Notes: generated by a model from the letters alone, not told the origin. A DNA stretch of 64,000 nt from Candidatus Geocrenenecus huangii (GCA_023254095.1 JALNLM010000006.1:28146-92145); one strand, 5' to 3'. Shown: positions 8,680 through 18,364, counted from the stretch's first letter. Translations and numbers: made by a program.

Positions 8680-10584
8680 ATGGAGCACGATTATAGGAAG
8701 ATAGGGTTGAAAGTAGGGTTGGAGATTCATAGACAGCTCGATACTATACATAAGCTTTTCTGCGAATGTCCAACGGATCCTCATGAAACAGGTAGAGAAA
8801 TAGTATTCACTAGATGGCTGAGAGAGGCTCAGAGTGAGCTTGGAGAAGTTGATCCAGCAGCTGTCTTCGAAGCAAAGAAGAGAAAGAAGATATTTTATCA
8901 CGGTGATGATAAGTCTATATGTCTCGTTGAGATGGATGAAGAACCTCCACACGACTTGAATAAAGAAGCAGTTGAAATATCTTTAATTGCTTCTCTCTTA
9001 ATGAACAGTAATCCCGTTGACGAAATTCATGTAATGAGGAAGATCGTAATCGACGGATCGAATACCACTGGATTCCAGAGAACATGTATAGTCGCTTTAG
9101 GCGGATGGATCGAGGTAGCTGGAAAAAAGATACCTATACAGACTATATGCCTTGAAGAAGATGCGGCAAAGATACTAGAACAGAAAAGAGGCGAAGTACA
9201 TTACGATTTAAGGAGGCTTGGAATCCCGTTGATAGAGGTCTCGACCGCTCCAGTCATAGAATCTCCGAAAGAAGCTTATGAGGTCGCCTACGCAATCGGT
9301 AGGCTTCTTAGAGCTACAGGGAAGGTGAAGAGAGGTATTGGAACCATCAGACAAGACCTCAATGTTTCTATTAGAGATGGCGCACTAGTTGAGATTAAAG
9401 GTGTTCAAGAATTGGAACTGATTCCAAAAGTAGTTGAGCTCGAAATAGTAAGACAACTCCACCTACTAAGAATTAAAGAAGAATTATTGGGTAGAGGTGT
9501 AACCGTAGAAGAAATCCTGACGCAGCCGATAATTGACGTAACAGATGTCTTCGTTAATACTAATTCAAAGATTTTGAAGAAGAAGATAAATGAAGGCTGC
9601 AAGGTCTTAGCATTAAGGCTACCAAAGTTTAGTGGTCTAATTGGATTGGAGGCCGCTCCAGGCATCCGGCTTGGTGTGGAGTTTGCCAGTAGAGCAAGAG
9701 CATGGACCGAGGTTGAAGGACTATTTCATACGGATGAATTGCCAGGGTATGGTATAACAGTTGAAGAAGTTAATAACCTCCATCAAAAAACTAATTCAAA
9801 CGATATTGATGCGATAGTGATAGTCGCAGACGAAGAAGAAAGAGCGAGAGAAGCATTGGAGTGTGTTAGGGAGAGAGCTATAGAAGCTTTGCATGGTGTT
9901 CCGTCAGAGACTCGTGCAGCAAGACCTGATGGTACAACTATATATATGCGTCCTAGACCAGGTGCTGCAAGAATGTATCCAGAGACAGATCTTCCGCCAT
10001 ACCCAATAAGTCCAGAATATATTAGTAGGCTTAGAGAGAATCTTCCGCCAACCCTAGACGAGGTAGCGAAAAAACTTGCAGAAAAATACAATCTAAGTAA
10101 GCAGATAGTTGATGAACTGATCGATATGGAGAAAGTTGATTTATTTGAGAAGGTGTTTGATGAGACAAAGTTGCAGCCGACTATCATAGCATCCATTCTT
10201 ACAGAGCATGTGAAAAGCTTGAAAAGAGAAGGTGCTAGAGTAGAAGAGTTAAAGGATGAGCATTTCATAGAGTTTTTCAAATTGGTCTCAGAGGGGATAG
10301 TGGCTAAGGAGGCGGCGTATGATGTATTCAAATGGTTGACTGAGAATCCCGGTAAGAATATTTTAGAAGCAGTGGATGCACTCGGACTTGGACCTGCAAG
10401 AATGGATGAAGTTGAGGAAAAAATAGCTCGATTAATTGATCTTCACAAAGAAATTGTTTCAATAAATCCTGGTAAAGCCATCTCTATAATAATGGGCGAG
10501 TTAATGAAGGAATATCGTGGGAAGATCGATGGTGCAAGGCTACATAGGATGGTTTCTTCCAAGGTCTATGGCCAAAAATCTTGA
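8680..10584 (+). CDS. gatE: Glu-tRNA(Gln) amidotransferase subunit E
   Basis: 634 aa. GatB/GatE catalytic core ('GLEIHRQL', 'HYDLRRLGIPLIEV') with an insertion domain and a C-terminal GatB/YqeY-like tail. Confidence 0.9.
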   Translation: MEHDYRKIGLKVGLEIHRQLDTIHKLFCECPTDPHETGREIVFTRWLREAQSELGEVDPAAVFEAKKRKKIFYHGDDKSICLVEMDEEPPHDLNKEAVEISLIASLLMNSNPVDEIHVMRKIVIDGSNTTGFQRTCIVALGGWIEVAGKKIPIQTICLEEDAAKILEQKRGEVHYDLRRLGIPLIEVSTAPVIESPKEAYEVAYAIGRLLRATGKVKRGIGTIRQDLNVSIRDGALVEIKGVQELELIPKVVELEIVRQLHLLRIKEELLGRGVTVEEILTQPIIDVTDVFVNTNSKILKKKINEGCKVLALRLPKFSGLIGLEAAPGIRLGVEFASRARAWTEVEGLFHTDELPGYGITVEEVNNLHQKTNSNDIDAIVIVADEEERAREALECVRERAIEALHGVPSETRAARPDGTTIYMRPRPGAARMYPETDLPPYPISPEYISRLRENLPPTLDEVAKKLAEKYNLSKQIVDELIDMEKVDLFEKVFDETKLQPTIIASILTEHVKSLKREGARVEELKDEHFIEFFKLVSEGIVAKEAAYDVFKWLTENPGKNILEAVDALGLGPARMDEVEEKIARLIDLHKEIVSINPGKAISIIMGELMKEYRGKIDGARLHRMVSSKVYGQKS

Positions 10585-10702
10585 AGATACAGTCATCCTA
10601 GATGACTGTGCTTATTGCGTGCCAAACCATCGTTTTAGCTTGAGTCCATTTTAACCTATCCGTAAAAAGCTTATAATATAGGATTAGGAAGCAGAAAATA
10701 GT

Positions 10703-11185
10703 ATGTGTGCACAGACTACGTACAGGATCAGATTGAACTTAAATGGGTTGGAGATAGAAGTTGAGGGTGATAAGGAATTTGTTGAATCTAAAATATCCGA
10801 CTTAAGCTGGATAGATACATTGTCTCAAAAACTTCAAGCACAAGTGGCTCGACATGCTACACCTACTTCAAAGACCATATCTACTGAGAGTAAGCTATCG
10901 TTTACAGAATTCTCCACAGAGATTAATCCACAAACCCATCTGCAAAGAATTCTTACTATTGCATATTATCTCTATAGGTTTGAAAATCGTGATTTTACTT
11001 ATGATGATGTAGAAAGTTTCTATGAGCAGAGGAGGTGGCCACGGCCATCGAACCCTAGACAGGCTGTCTCAGACTTAATAGAACAAGGATACATAGAAGA
11101 AGCCGGGAAATCGAATGGTAAGAAAAGCTTTAGAATACTTGAGAAGGGAATAAGATATGTTGAGTCTAGATTCAAGGAGGAGTAG
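10703..11185 (+). CDS. Hypothetical protein: N-terminal beta domain plus C-terminal winged-helix (putative regulator)
   Basis: C-terminal 'LQRILTIAYYLYRFE...VSDLIEQGYIEEAGKSNGKKSFRILEKG' is wHTH-like. Paralogous to the next gene. Confidence 0.45.
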   Translation: MCAQTTYRIRLNLNGLEIEVEGDKEFVESKISDLSWIDTLSQKLQAQVARHATPTSKTISTESKLSFTEFSTEINPQTHLQRILTIAYYLYRFENRDFTYDDVESFYEQRRWPRPSNPRQAVSDLIEQGYIEEAGKSNGKKSFRILEKGIRYVESRFKEE

Positions 11186-11187
11186 TT

Positions 11188-11652
11188 ATGGAGGAAAAAA
11201 GAATTAAGGTTACGATAAAAACTTCTGAAAACGAGGTTGTCGAGTTTGAGGGCAGATATGAAGAGGTTTGGATGAGCGTAAACAAGTACTTCTCTGAAAT
11301 TTACCCTTCTCTATCAACTGTCAGGAAACTTGTCGGAGCAGTGGACGTCGAAGAACTTATAAACAAGCTCTCGGGAAAAATCGAGATCAAAGAAGGCAGA
11401 ATAAATATAGTTTCTGGAGGAGATGCTAAGCAAAAGATATTGTTATGCTTGGCGGGAGCATTCATAGGTAAAAGACTCGGCTTATTCGAGAAAGAATTTT
11501 TAACACCGAAGGAGATCGCTAATTATACAGGGATAGATGAAAGAATAACGAGAGCTAGATTGAGTGAGCTTAGGAAGGATGGGTTAGTCATAAGAAAAGA
11601 AGATGGATTATATGGGTTTACCATTGCTTCACTTAAAGAAATAATCGATTAA
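11188..11652 (+). CDS. Hypothetical protein: paralogue of the upstream gene, N-terminal beta domain plus C-terminal winged-helix
   Basis: C-terminal 'LTPKEIANYTGIDERITRARLSELRKDGLVIRKEDGLYGFT' is wHTH. Start lies 3 nt after the upstream stop. Confidence 0.45.
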   Translation: MEEKRIKVTIKTSENEVVEFEGRYEEVWMSVNKYFSEIYPSLSTVRKLVGAVDVEELINKLSGKIEIKEGRINIVSGGDAKQKILLCLAGAFIGKRLGLFEKEFLTPKEIANYTGIDERITRARLSELRKDGLVIRKEDGLYGFTIASLKEIID

Positions 11653-11795
11653 TAGACTGCGTAGATCGTAGACGACGAGACCTTCTGTTATGGACTTTAA
11701 CCCATCGTCTTGTTTTCTTTTCAGATAACCATCATAGTCTACTATTTATAACACAGTCTTTAACTTACTATACCCGAGAATAGGGGTAGATCTAG

Positions 11796-13187
11796 ATGAG
11801 GACTAAGATGGCTGTAACAATAGGTCCAGCATCAGCAGATCCTGAGAAGATTAAGAAATTCATCGAGCTCGGAGTCTCAGCTTTTAGAATAAACTTCAGC
11901 CACGGAGATGTTGAAGAATGGAAGAATTATGTAGATCTAATACAAGACGCATGCAGAAAGTATGATAGATACGTTGCTTTGATAGGAGATCTTCCAGGGC
12001 CATCCATTAGGCTCGGTGAATTAAAAGATAAAATACGTTTAGAAAAGGATGATGTAGTAAAGATAATTCATGGAGACAGGTCAGAAGAGGCCGATGAGAA
12101 AGTTTTACCGATACCGCTTGAACTCTTCTTCAAGAACATAAGTGTTAGAGACATTCTATTGATGGATGATGGACGGATCCAGCTAGTTATTCAAGAAGTC
12201 GGTAAGAATGAAGCTACAGCTAAAGCTTTAACATCTGCAGAGATAGGTTCGAGGAAAGCCGTAGTAATAAAAAATAAAGAAATAGGTTTACCAACACTCT
12301 CGAGCAGAGATCTTGAAGCTCTCAAGTTCAGCGTAGAAAATGATTTTGACTACATTGGGTTAAGCTATGTGAGAAACATAGGAGACGTAGAGATCCTTAG
12401 GTCTACTCTAGTCTCACTAGGTAGTAGAGAGATTGGGGTAATAAGTAAGATAGAAACGGTGAGCGCGTTCAATAATCTCGAGGAGATAACTGATTCTTCT
12501 GATGCATTACTTGTGGCGAGAGGCGACCTCGGAATGCATTTCGGATTAGAGCAAGTTCCCAGACTTCAAGAATTAATTGTTGAGAAATGCTTAGGGAAAG
12601 GTAAGCCAGTCATCGTGGCCACGCAGTTACTGGGCTCGATGGTAGAGAACCCTGTTCCAACTAGAAGCGAAATAGTAGACATCTTATCAGCCGCTAGAGA
12701 TGGAGTAGACACTTTAATGTTAACAGGTGAAACGGCTGCGGGTAAGTACCCCCTAGAAGCCGTAGAATGGTTGAAGAAGATTATTGAAACGTATGATTCA
12801 ACAATTACCCCTAGGAAGATCAAGCTAACGAGAGATGCTGATGTCAGAGATAGATTCGCAGAAGGGATAACAATGCTTGCTGAATCTCTTAGAGCTTCTA
12901 TAGCGATCTACACCAAGACAGGAAGAGTAGCTCTAAGGATATCGCGTAACCGTCCAAACGTAAACATATATGCTTGCTCAGGCTCGATCAAGACAATCCG
13001 TAGAATCTCGATATTATGGGGGGTGAAGCCGGTGAAGGTTGATGCCCAAGAATACTTTGAAGGTCTGGAGGAGATGCTTTCTACATTAAGATCTTCCGGA
13101 GAAGTTAAAAACGGAGATGTTGTGATCCTAACTTATGGTTTGAAAGATGAGCCTATGCATCTTGTTAAGATAATCCAGGTTCGGTAA
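11796..13187 (+). CDS. pyk: Pyruvate kinase
   Basis: 'MAVTIGPAS', 'FRINFSHG' and 'ISKIE' are characteristic PK blocks. 463 aa. Confidence 0.9.
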   Translation: MRTKMAVTIGPASADPEKIKKFIELGVSAFRINFSHGDVEEWKNYVDLIQDACRKYDRYVALIGDLPGPSIRLGELKDKIRLEKDDVVKIIHGDRSEEADEKVLPIPLELFFKNISVRDILLMDDGRIQLVIQEVGKNEATAKALTSAEIGSRKAVVIKNKEIGLPTLSSRDLEALKFSVENDFDYIGLSYVRNIGDVEILRSTLVSLGSREIGVISKIETVSAFNNLEEITDSSDALLVARGDLGMHFGLEQVPRLQELIVEKCLGKGKPVIVATQLLGSMVENPVPTRSEIVDILSAARDGVDTLMLTGETAAGKYPLEAVEWLKKIIETYDSTITPRKIKLTRDADVRDRFAEGITMLAESLRASIAIYTKTGRVALRISRNRPNVNIYACSGSIKTIRRISILWGVKPVKVDAQEYFEGLEEMLSTLRSSGEVKNGDVVILTYGLKDEPMHLVKIIQVR

Positions 13188-13203
13188 CCCGATTCACAGA
13201 ATC

Positions 13204-13776
13204 CTAGATAGCAAGCTCAGGTCTAACTTCTCTTATAATTGGCAGAATCCTGAAATAGATTTTTCTCAAGACTTCCAGATCGTCTCTACAATGCTTTTTT
13301 ATCTTTGCAGCAGATCGTCTATCATTTTTCATGGCTTTAAGATACAGTGAAGGGACATCTATTCCTTCTACACTGACATCTTTAGATATATCGAGAAATC
13401 TAGCAACATGATATAGATTTACGAGTGAAAGCTTCAAGTAGTTTCGGACGAATTCGGCAAGATCGAAGTGTGACGCCCTATATATCAATTCTACTCTAAG
13501 ATCATGCTTGAGCGCTCTTGCCGCTAGGAACGGTATATCGAATTTACTGCCATTCCAAGTGAATACTATATGATATTTAGACAAGTAATTTATAATTGAA
13601 GATAATGCTTCTCTTTCCTTCGAAGGAGTACTTGCATAAAACCATTTGAATCTACCTTCCTCATCCATGAATCCTCCTCCAACAAGATAACCTACATCTG
13701 CATCTAGAGAAGTGGTCTCCAGATCCATAAAACAGATCCTAGGCTTAACTATTCTCATCTTCCCGGTCTTAGACAT
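13204..13776 (-). CDS. DEDDh-type 3'-5' exonuclease (DnaQ/PolB-exo-like, RNase H fold)
   Basis: Exo I 'FMDLETTSL', Exo II 'FTWNGSKFDIPFL', Exo III 'HCRDDLEVL'. Confidence 0.6.
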   Translation of the reverse strand: MSKTGKMRIVKPRICFMDLETTSLDADVGYLVGGGFMDEEGRFKWFYASTPSKEREALSSIINYLSKYHIVFTWNGSKFDIPFLAARALKHDLRVELIYRASHFDLAEFVRNYLKLSLVNLYHVARFLDISKDVSVEGIDVPSLYLKAMKNDRRSAAKIKKHCRDDLEVLRKIYFRILPIIREVRPELAI

Positions 13777-14012
13777 CTAGAGATTAATTCATGCTCTGCT
13801 AGATAAGATTTCCTAATCAATACTCTCGTCAAATTTTTGATAGAGGAAGTGGCCTCTTCAAATTCCGTTGGAAGATAAACTTTCACAATACTAGGGAGAA
13901 AATAAAGCTAAGAAGAACCATTATGAAGTAGATTATTGAGGATAGACCTAATCACATCCACGTTATTAAACTTACATCATTAGTCAAGATTGCTTGAAGA
14001 CATACCAAATGT

Positions 14013-14096
14013 GCGGGGGGTGGGATTCGAACCCACGAACCCCTACGGGACAGGGTCCTAAGCCCTGCGCCTTTGACCAGACTTGGCTACCCCCGC
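14013..14096 (-). tRNA. tRNA-Leu(UAG), long variable arm
   Basis: The reverse complement reads GCGGGGGTAGCCAAGTCTGGTCAAAGGCGCAGGGCTTAGGACCCTGTCCCGTAGGGGTTCGTGGGTTCGAATCCCACCCCCCGCA. Anticodon loop CUUAGGA gives UAG. The variable arm is of the Leu/Ser type. No encoded CCA. Confidence 0.85.
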
Positions 14097-14131
14097 TTCT
14101 CTGGATCATGTAACAGGCTGATTTTTATCTT

Positions 14132-14494
14132 TTAGCCGCATGGATACTCATAGACTAACTTGTAAATCTTATCGTTATGTCTTATTTTTGCATGGTCTCC
14201 TAATAATTTGTCTAGGATTTCTTCAGGTATTCTTCTCAACTCATCTTTAGAGATTACCAGTATAGCTGGTTCGGGCAGCGTCCAGACATATTCCTCGTTT
14301 ATCTCTATTCCATACTCTCGGCGAATCTTGCTTAGATGTTCTTCAAACTTAATGTCCGCCTCCAGAAGTTTTGCCACTAACCCACTTATAGAATCTAAAA
14401 AGGAGCTATCGAATATTTTCTCTCCTAGATCGGTGGTTAAAGCGTATCTCCAGATCTTTATCTTTACATTGTCCGGCAATTCATCTAGATCCAT
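14132..14494 (-). CDS. Hypothetical protein
   Basis: 120-aa acidic ORF with no recognisable motif. Confidence 0.35.
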   Translation of the reverse strand: MDLDELPDNVKIKIWRYALTTDLGEKIFDSSFLDSISGLVAKLLEADIKFEEHLSKIRREYGIEINEEYVWTLPEPAILVISKDELRRIPEEILDKLLGDHAKIRHNDKIYKLVYEYPCG

Positions 14495-14623
14495 AACTCA
14501 CATAGAATTTGGTAGATCCCGGGATATAGATTTAATCAGGTCAGAAAATTATGTGTAGTCCTCGATAGAGTATTAGAGGACCATGAAAGCAATGTCAAAA
14601 TACTAGTCTTACAGAGATTCTAG

Positions 14624-14697
14624 ATGGCTGTGATGAATGAACGTCGCGTAGGAGCGGGGTTGGAGCCGTGACAGAACCTCCTCTCATCTGAGCCGCC
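14624..14697 (+). ncRNA. Candidate C/D box sRNA (2'-O-methylation guide)
   Basis: Box C 'GTGATGA' at 14630-14636 and box D 'CTGA' at 14688-14691, flanked by a 'ggc...gcc' terminal stem. About 70 nt. Degenerate internal C'/D' boxes (GTGACAG, TAGG). Intergenic. Confidence 0.4.
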
Positions 14698-14912
14698 GCC
14701 CGATAACTCATACAGAATAGAATGTCAATATTGCTACGGATTCCATCGGAATTTCTAGGCGGATATAAATCCGCATATCGATGAACTGGCTGAATAACCA
14801 GTTTCTAGTTCTCTACAACTGGCATAAACATTCTAGGAATATAATAGCATTCTTAAAGTGATGGTGTTAAGATTTTTTACTAAGTATTCTCATAAATATT
14901 TGAGAGTATTCT

Positions 14913-15449
14913 TTGAGGAGGATAGCTTTAGCCTCTATGTTTGCAGCTGTATACGCTGTATTGGTTGTTGGGCTAGCGCCGGTAAGCTTCCTCCCTTTCC
15001 AAGTAAGATTTGCAGACGCATTAATACCCTTAAGCATCGCTTATGGATGGCCAGCTATCATCGGGCTAACCATAGGATGCACAGTATCAAATTTTATCGC
15101 TGGCCAAGCATTCTTCGGTGGATGGACAGTAATAGACGTAGTAGGAGGTTCACTAGCAAACTTTCTAGCATGCTTTATCGGATGGAAAATATGCTTAAAA
15201 CATGCTAAGAAGATTATATTCCCAACAACAATTCTCCAATCAATTATAGTATCGATGATCGTTGGAAGCTATCTATGGTACATCTTCGGAGCCCCACAGT
15301 ACTATAATCTTTACTCACTTACTCTACCGGGCCTACCCGCCTTTATTTTATCTATATTCATAGGTTCTTTCATCTCAATAGTGATCTTAGGCAACATCCT
15401 GCTAACAGCTATCATAAGGACAGGCTTCCCAACCCAAAAGAAAATTTAA
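14913..15449 (+). CDS. Small polytopic membrane transporter (QueT-like / ECF S-component-like)
   Basis: Five or six TM helices and glycine-rich 'AGQAFFGGW'. Size and pattern fit the QueT/ECF S-component families. The assignment is tentative. Confidence 0.4.
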   Translation: MRRIALASMFAAVYAVLVVGLAPVSFLPFQVRFADALIPLSIAYGWPAIIGLTIGCTVSNFIAGQAFFGGWTVIDVVGGSLANFLACFIGWKICLKHAKKIIFPTTILQSIIVSMIVGSYLWYIFGAPQYYNLYSLTLPGLPAFILSIFIGSFISIVILGNILLTAIIRTGFPTQKKI

Positions 15450-15553
15450 AATACTCTAGATTCTTCTATCCTTAGATGTCTATTGAGGAGCCAAAAACAC
15501 CGATCAGTAAAAATTAGACAATATGAAAGACGATACTGGAAAATGTAGTATGG

Positions 15554-15772
15554 ATGGGGTCCAACATGAATGTAAAAGAGTTCCTTAAGGAGTCTTTGAT
15601 GCTTGCATTATTAATGACTACCCCACCTATAGCCTTGCTAGTATTGATTAAGATAACTGAGCCTAGGATTTCTTGGCTCTCTCTATTTTTATGGACCGTC
15701 TTAGCAGTATCATGGACGATCTTCGTAGCTTTAACATACTATAGGAAGAGTTTAAAAACAATAAGAAAATGA
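15554..15772 (+). CDS. Small membrane protein (2 TM), hypothetical
   Basis: 72-aa ORF with two hydrophobic helices, immediately upstream of pheA. Confidence 0.3.
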   Translation: MGSNMNVKEFLKESLMLALLMTTPPIALLVLIKITEPRISWLSLFLWTVLAVSWTIFVALTYYRKSLKTIRK

Positions 15773-15781
15773 TGTAGAGGT

Positions 15782-16612
15782 GTGAATTTGAAGTTAAAGA
15801 TAGCTTTCCAAGGAGAAAGAGGTGCATACAGTGAAGAAGCTGCACTCCAATTCTTTAATCAGGAAGTAGAGTTCATCCCATGTAGAGATTTATCAACAGT
15901 ATTTAACGTAGTCGAGGCAGGGATCGCGAACTACGGTGTAGCTCCAATAGAGAATAGTATCGAGGGGTCAGTCAATGAAACATATGACCTACTCTTATCG
16001 ACAGGTTTGAAGGTTTCAGGAGAAATATACCTAAAAGTATCGCACTGCCTGATAGCTCATCCAGATGCGGAACCGAAAAACATAAAAAAGGTGATTTCTC
16101 ATCCACAAGCTCTAGCTCAATGCAGGATATACTTGATGAGCAAAAAGCTTGAAGCTATACCAAGCTACGACACGGCGGGAAGCGTAAAGAAGATATTTGA
16201 AGAAAGAATTCTAGATACGGCAGCTATAGCGAGTGAGCGAGCGGCCAAGATATATTCTATGAAGATTCTAGATAGAGAGATAGAGGATTATGGTAGAAAC
16301 TATACGAGATTCTTGGTCATGAGTAGGAATGATGCTGAGCCGACTGGTGAGGATAAGACCTCGATAATCTTTTCTTTACCACATATTCCAGGCTCACTAT
16401 ATCATACACTTGAAGAATTCGCTGTTAGAAACATAAACTTAACCAAGATCGAGTCTAGACCTACTAAACATAGACCCTTCGAGTATTATTTCTACGTGGA
16501 CTTTGAAGGACATAGAAAAGATCCCCTAATAGAAGAGACATTGAATGCTATAAGCAAAAAGACGCTTCTACTAAAAGTCCTCGGCTCCTATCCTAAGGCT
16601 AGGTTAGTATGA
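15782..16612 (+). CDS. pheA: Prephenate dehydratase (PDT + ACT domains)
   Basis: 'KIAFQGERGAYSEEAA' at the PDT N-terminus, 'ESRPT' in the ACT domain. Apparent GTG start. Confidence 0.9.
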   Translation: MNLKLKIAFQGERGAYSEEAALQFFNQEVEFIPCRDLSTVFNVVEAGIANYGVAPIENSIEGSVNETYDLLLSTGLKVSGEIYLKVSHCLIAHPDAEPKNIKKVISHPQALAQCRIYLMSKKLEAIPSYDTAGSVKKIFEERILDTAAIASERAAKIYSMKILDREIEDYGRNYTRFLVMSRNDAEPTGEDKTSIIFSLPHIPGSLYHTLEEFAVRNINLTKIESRPTKHRPFEYYFYVDFEGHRKDPLIEETLNAISKKTLLLKVLGSYPKARLV

Positions 16613-16631
16613 CATATACGGGTCGAAATAC

Positions 16632-17246
16632 TTGGAAGAATGGGTTATCTTTGTTACTGGAGTAGCATCAGTCGGCAAAACGTTATTCAGTATGAAACTT
16701 GCAGAAAAACTTGGAATAAGATTTATCGATCTCCCAGAAGTTATCATGGAGATGAAGCTCTATGAGTATTATGATGAAGTAGCTAGAGAGTATGTTGTTG
16801 ACTTCAGGAAAGTTTCAGGCAAACTAGGATCACTGCTAAAAAAGGATAAAACGATTATTGCGTCTGTTTACTTGTTTAAACCTAGGAATATAACTGTTAG
16901 GCTGGTGATAGTGTTAAGAGTTCGACCAGATATTTTGATGCTGAGATTAAGGGAAAGAGGCTACCCTGAATGGAAGATCGCAGAAAACCTTCTAGCCGAG
17001 ATAGTTGATAAGCCACTCCATGATGCTTTAAAGACCTTTGGTAAGAGAAAAGTAATACAGATAGATGTTACCGACAAGAACATTGATGAACTAGTAGAAA
17101 ACGTCTATTCAGCTTACCTATCAAGCAATCTAAGGAACCTGGATGTTAGAGTAGACTGGATAGGCGAATTAGAAAAGGTCGAAAGAGGTCATGATGTTCT
17201 ACAATTCTTGGCAAGATACACTAAATTTATTTCCAAGCAGATCTAG
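16632..17246 (+). CDS. P-loop nucleoside/nucleotide kinase (adenylate kinase / Fap7-like)
   Basis: Walker A 'TGVASVGKT' near the N-terminus. About 200 aa, with an NMP-kinase-like layout. Confidence 0.5.
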   Translation: MEEWVIFVTGVASVGKTLFSMKLAEKLGIRFIDLPEVIMEMKLYEYYDEVAREYVVDFRKVSGKLGSLLKKDKTIIASVYLFKPRNITVRLVIVLRVRPDILMLRLRERGYPEWKIAENLLAEIVDKPLHDALKTFGKRKVIQIDVTDKNIDELVENVYSAYLSSNLRNLDVRVDWIGELEKVERGHDVLQFLARYTKFISKQI

Positions 17247-17258
17247 GAGATTCAGGAG

Positions 17259-17813
17259 ATGAGGATTGCAGTAGACCTAGATGGTGTTCTAGCAAACTCT
17301 ATGAAGACCTGGCTCAAGATATGGTATCAAAGAACAGGCCAGCTTATAGAATTCGAAGAGTTAACTGATTGGTTCTTCTGGAGGAAGCTCAACATCGACG
17401 AAGAAACTTTCATAGGAATATTGAATACCGCATGGGCAAGATGGATCGAGATACCTCCGACAGAAGATAATATTGGTGAGAAGGTTCGTAGACTGAAGAT
17501 TCTGGGAAATGTAGATATAGTTACGGCCAGACCTAGAAATACTGAAAAATACGCTATAAGATGGTTAAACTATCACAGGATACCCTTCGATAAATACGTA
17601 TGGACTCAGAACAGCATGGCTAAAGTAAGACTCGGTTATGACGTATACATTGATGATTCGCCTAGCATGATCGAGGTCTTAGAAAATACGGGTAAGGTCC
17701 TCCTACTATACGCTCAACCATGGAATAGAAACATTCAAGAGAAAGAAAACGTGAAGATGATTAATAATCTAGATGAAGCATACTCGTTCCTAAGAGAGAA
17801 AAAGAGTTTTTAG
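17259..17813 (+). CDS. HAD-superfamily 5'(3')-deoxyribonucleotidase (NT5C family)
   Basis: 'IAVDLDGVLA' (DxDGV) nucleophile motif and a C-terminal 'YIDDSP' HAD motif. Confidence 0.7.
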   Translation: MRIAVDLDGVLANSMKTWLKIWYQRTGQLIEFEELTDWFFWRKLNIDEETFIGILNTAWARWIEIPPTEDNIGEKVRRLKILGNVDIVTARPRNTEKYAIRWLNYHRIPFDKYVWTQNSMAKVRLGYDVYIDDSPSMIEVLENTGKVLLLYAQPWNRNIQEKENVKMINNLDEAYSFLREKKSF

Positions 17814-17839
17814 GTTGATTTAGAAACTATATCCGAGAA

Positions 17840-18346
17840 TTGAAAGCAAGCTATCTGAGCAAGAAGGAAACATTAAAGCTTCTAGAAAAACTTGAAGAAC
17901 TATCTTGGTTTAAACCGTTTCTAGATAAGAAGGTCAAGAATGTATTCAGGATAGAGGCTGAAGATGCAACATTTTACAAAATCCAGAAGATACTTTTGGT
18001 CGAGAAGTCTGGACTGATCTTCCCCACTCTGATAGAACAATATAGTGGAGACGTTCTACATAGTATGCCATACATCGTTGTGGACATGGGTGCAGTGTCA
18101 CACATAGTTAACGGTGCTGATATTATGAGACCAGGCGTAAGAGAAGTATTCGGGGTCTTCAACGAAGACGATATATTGGTCGTTAAAGATGAGAAGAATA
18201 AGAAGCCTATCGCGATTGCTCGATGTCTAGTGAACCATGAGGGATTCAAATCGATGTCCAGAGGCAAAGTTGCTGAGAACATTCATCACATAGATGACAA
18301 GTTGTGGAAGATGATACGTCAGTACAAAGAATTGATTGAACGTTAA
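17840..18346 (+). CDS. PUA-domain RNA-binding protein (Tma20/MCT-1-like)
   Basis: The C-terminal half ('VVDMGAVSHIVNGADIMRPGV...VVKDEKNKKPIAIARC') fits the PUA fold. N-terminal DUF1947-like region. Confidence 0.5.
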   Translation: MKASYLSKKETLKLLEKLEELSWFKPFLDKKVKNVFRIEAEDATFYKIQKILLVEKSGLIFPTLIEQYSGDVLHSMPYIVVDMGAVSHIVNGADIMRPGVREVFGVFNEDDILVVKDEKNKKPIAIARCLVNHEGFKSMSRGKVAENIHHIDDKLWKMIRQYKELIER

Positions 18347-18364
18347 TGTAGGGTTTGTATCTTT

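Noticed and set aside
9783-10331. 182-aa ORF antisense within gatE, and likewise 59374-59886 antisense to the ABC ATPase
   Set aside because: Both are shadow ORFs opposite conserved genes and have no recognisable domains.
14858-15208. ORF 14858-15208 as an alternative gene model
   Set aside because: It is in a different frame overlapping the membrane-transporter ORF 14913-15449. The latter has coherent TM-helix periodicity. The former is Arg/Cys-rich and implausible.
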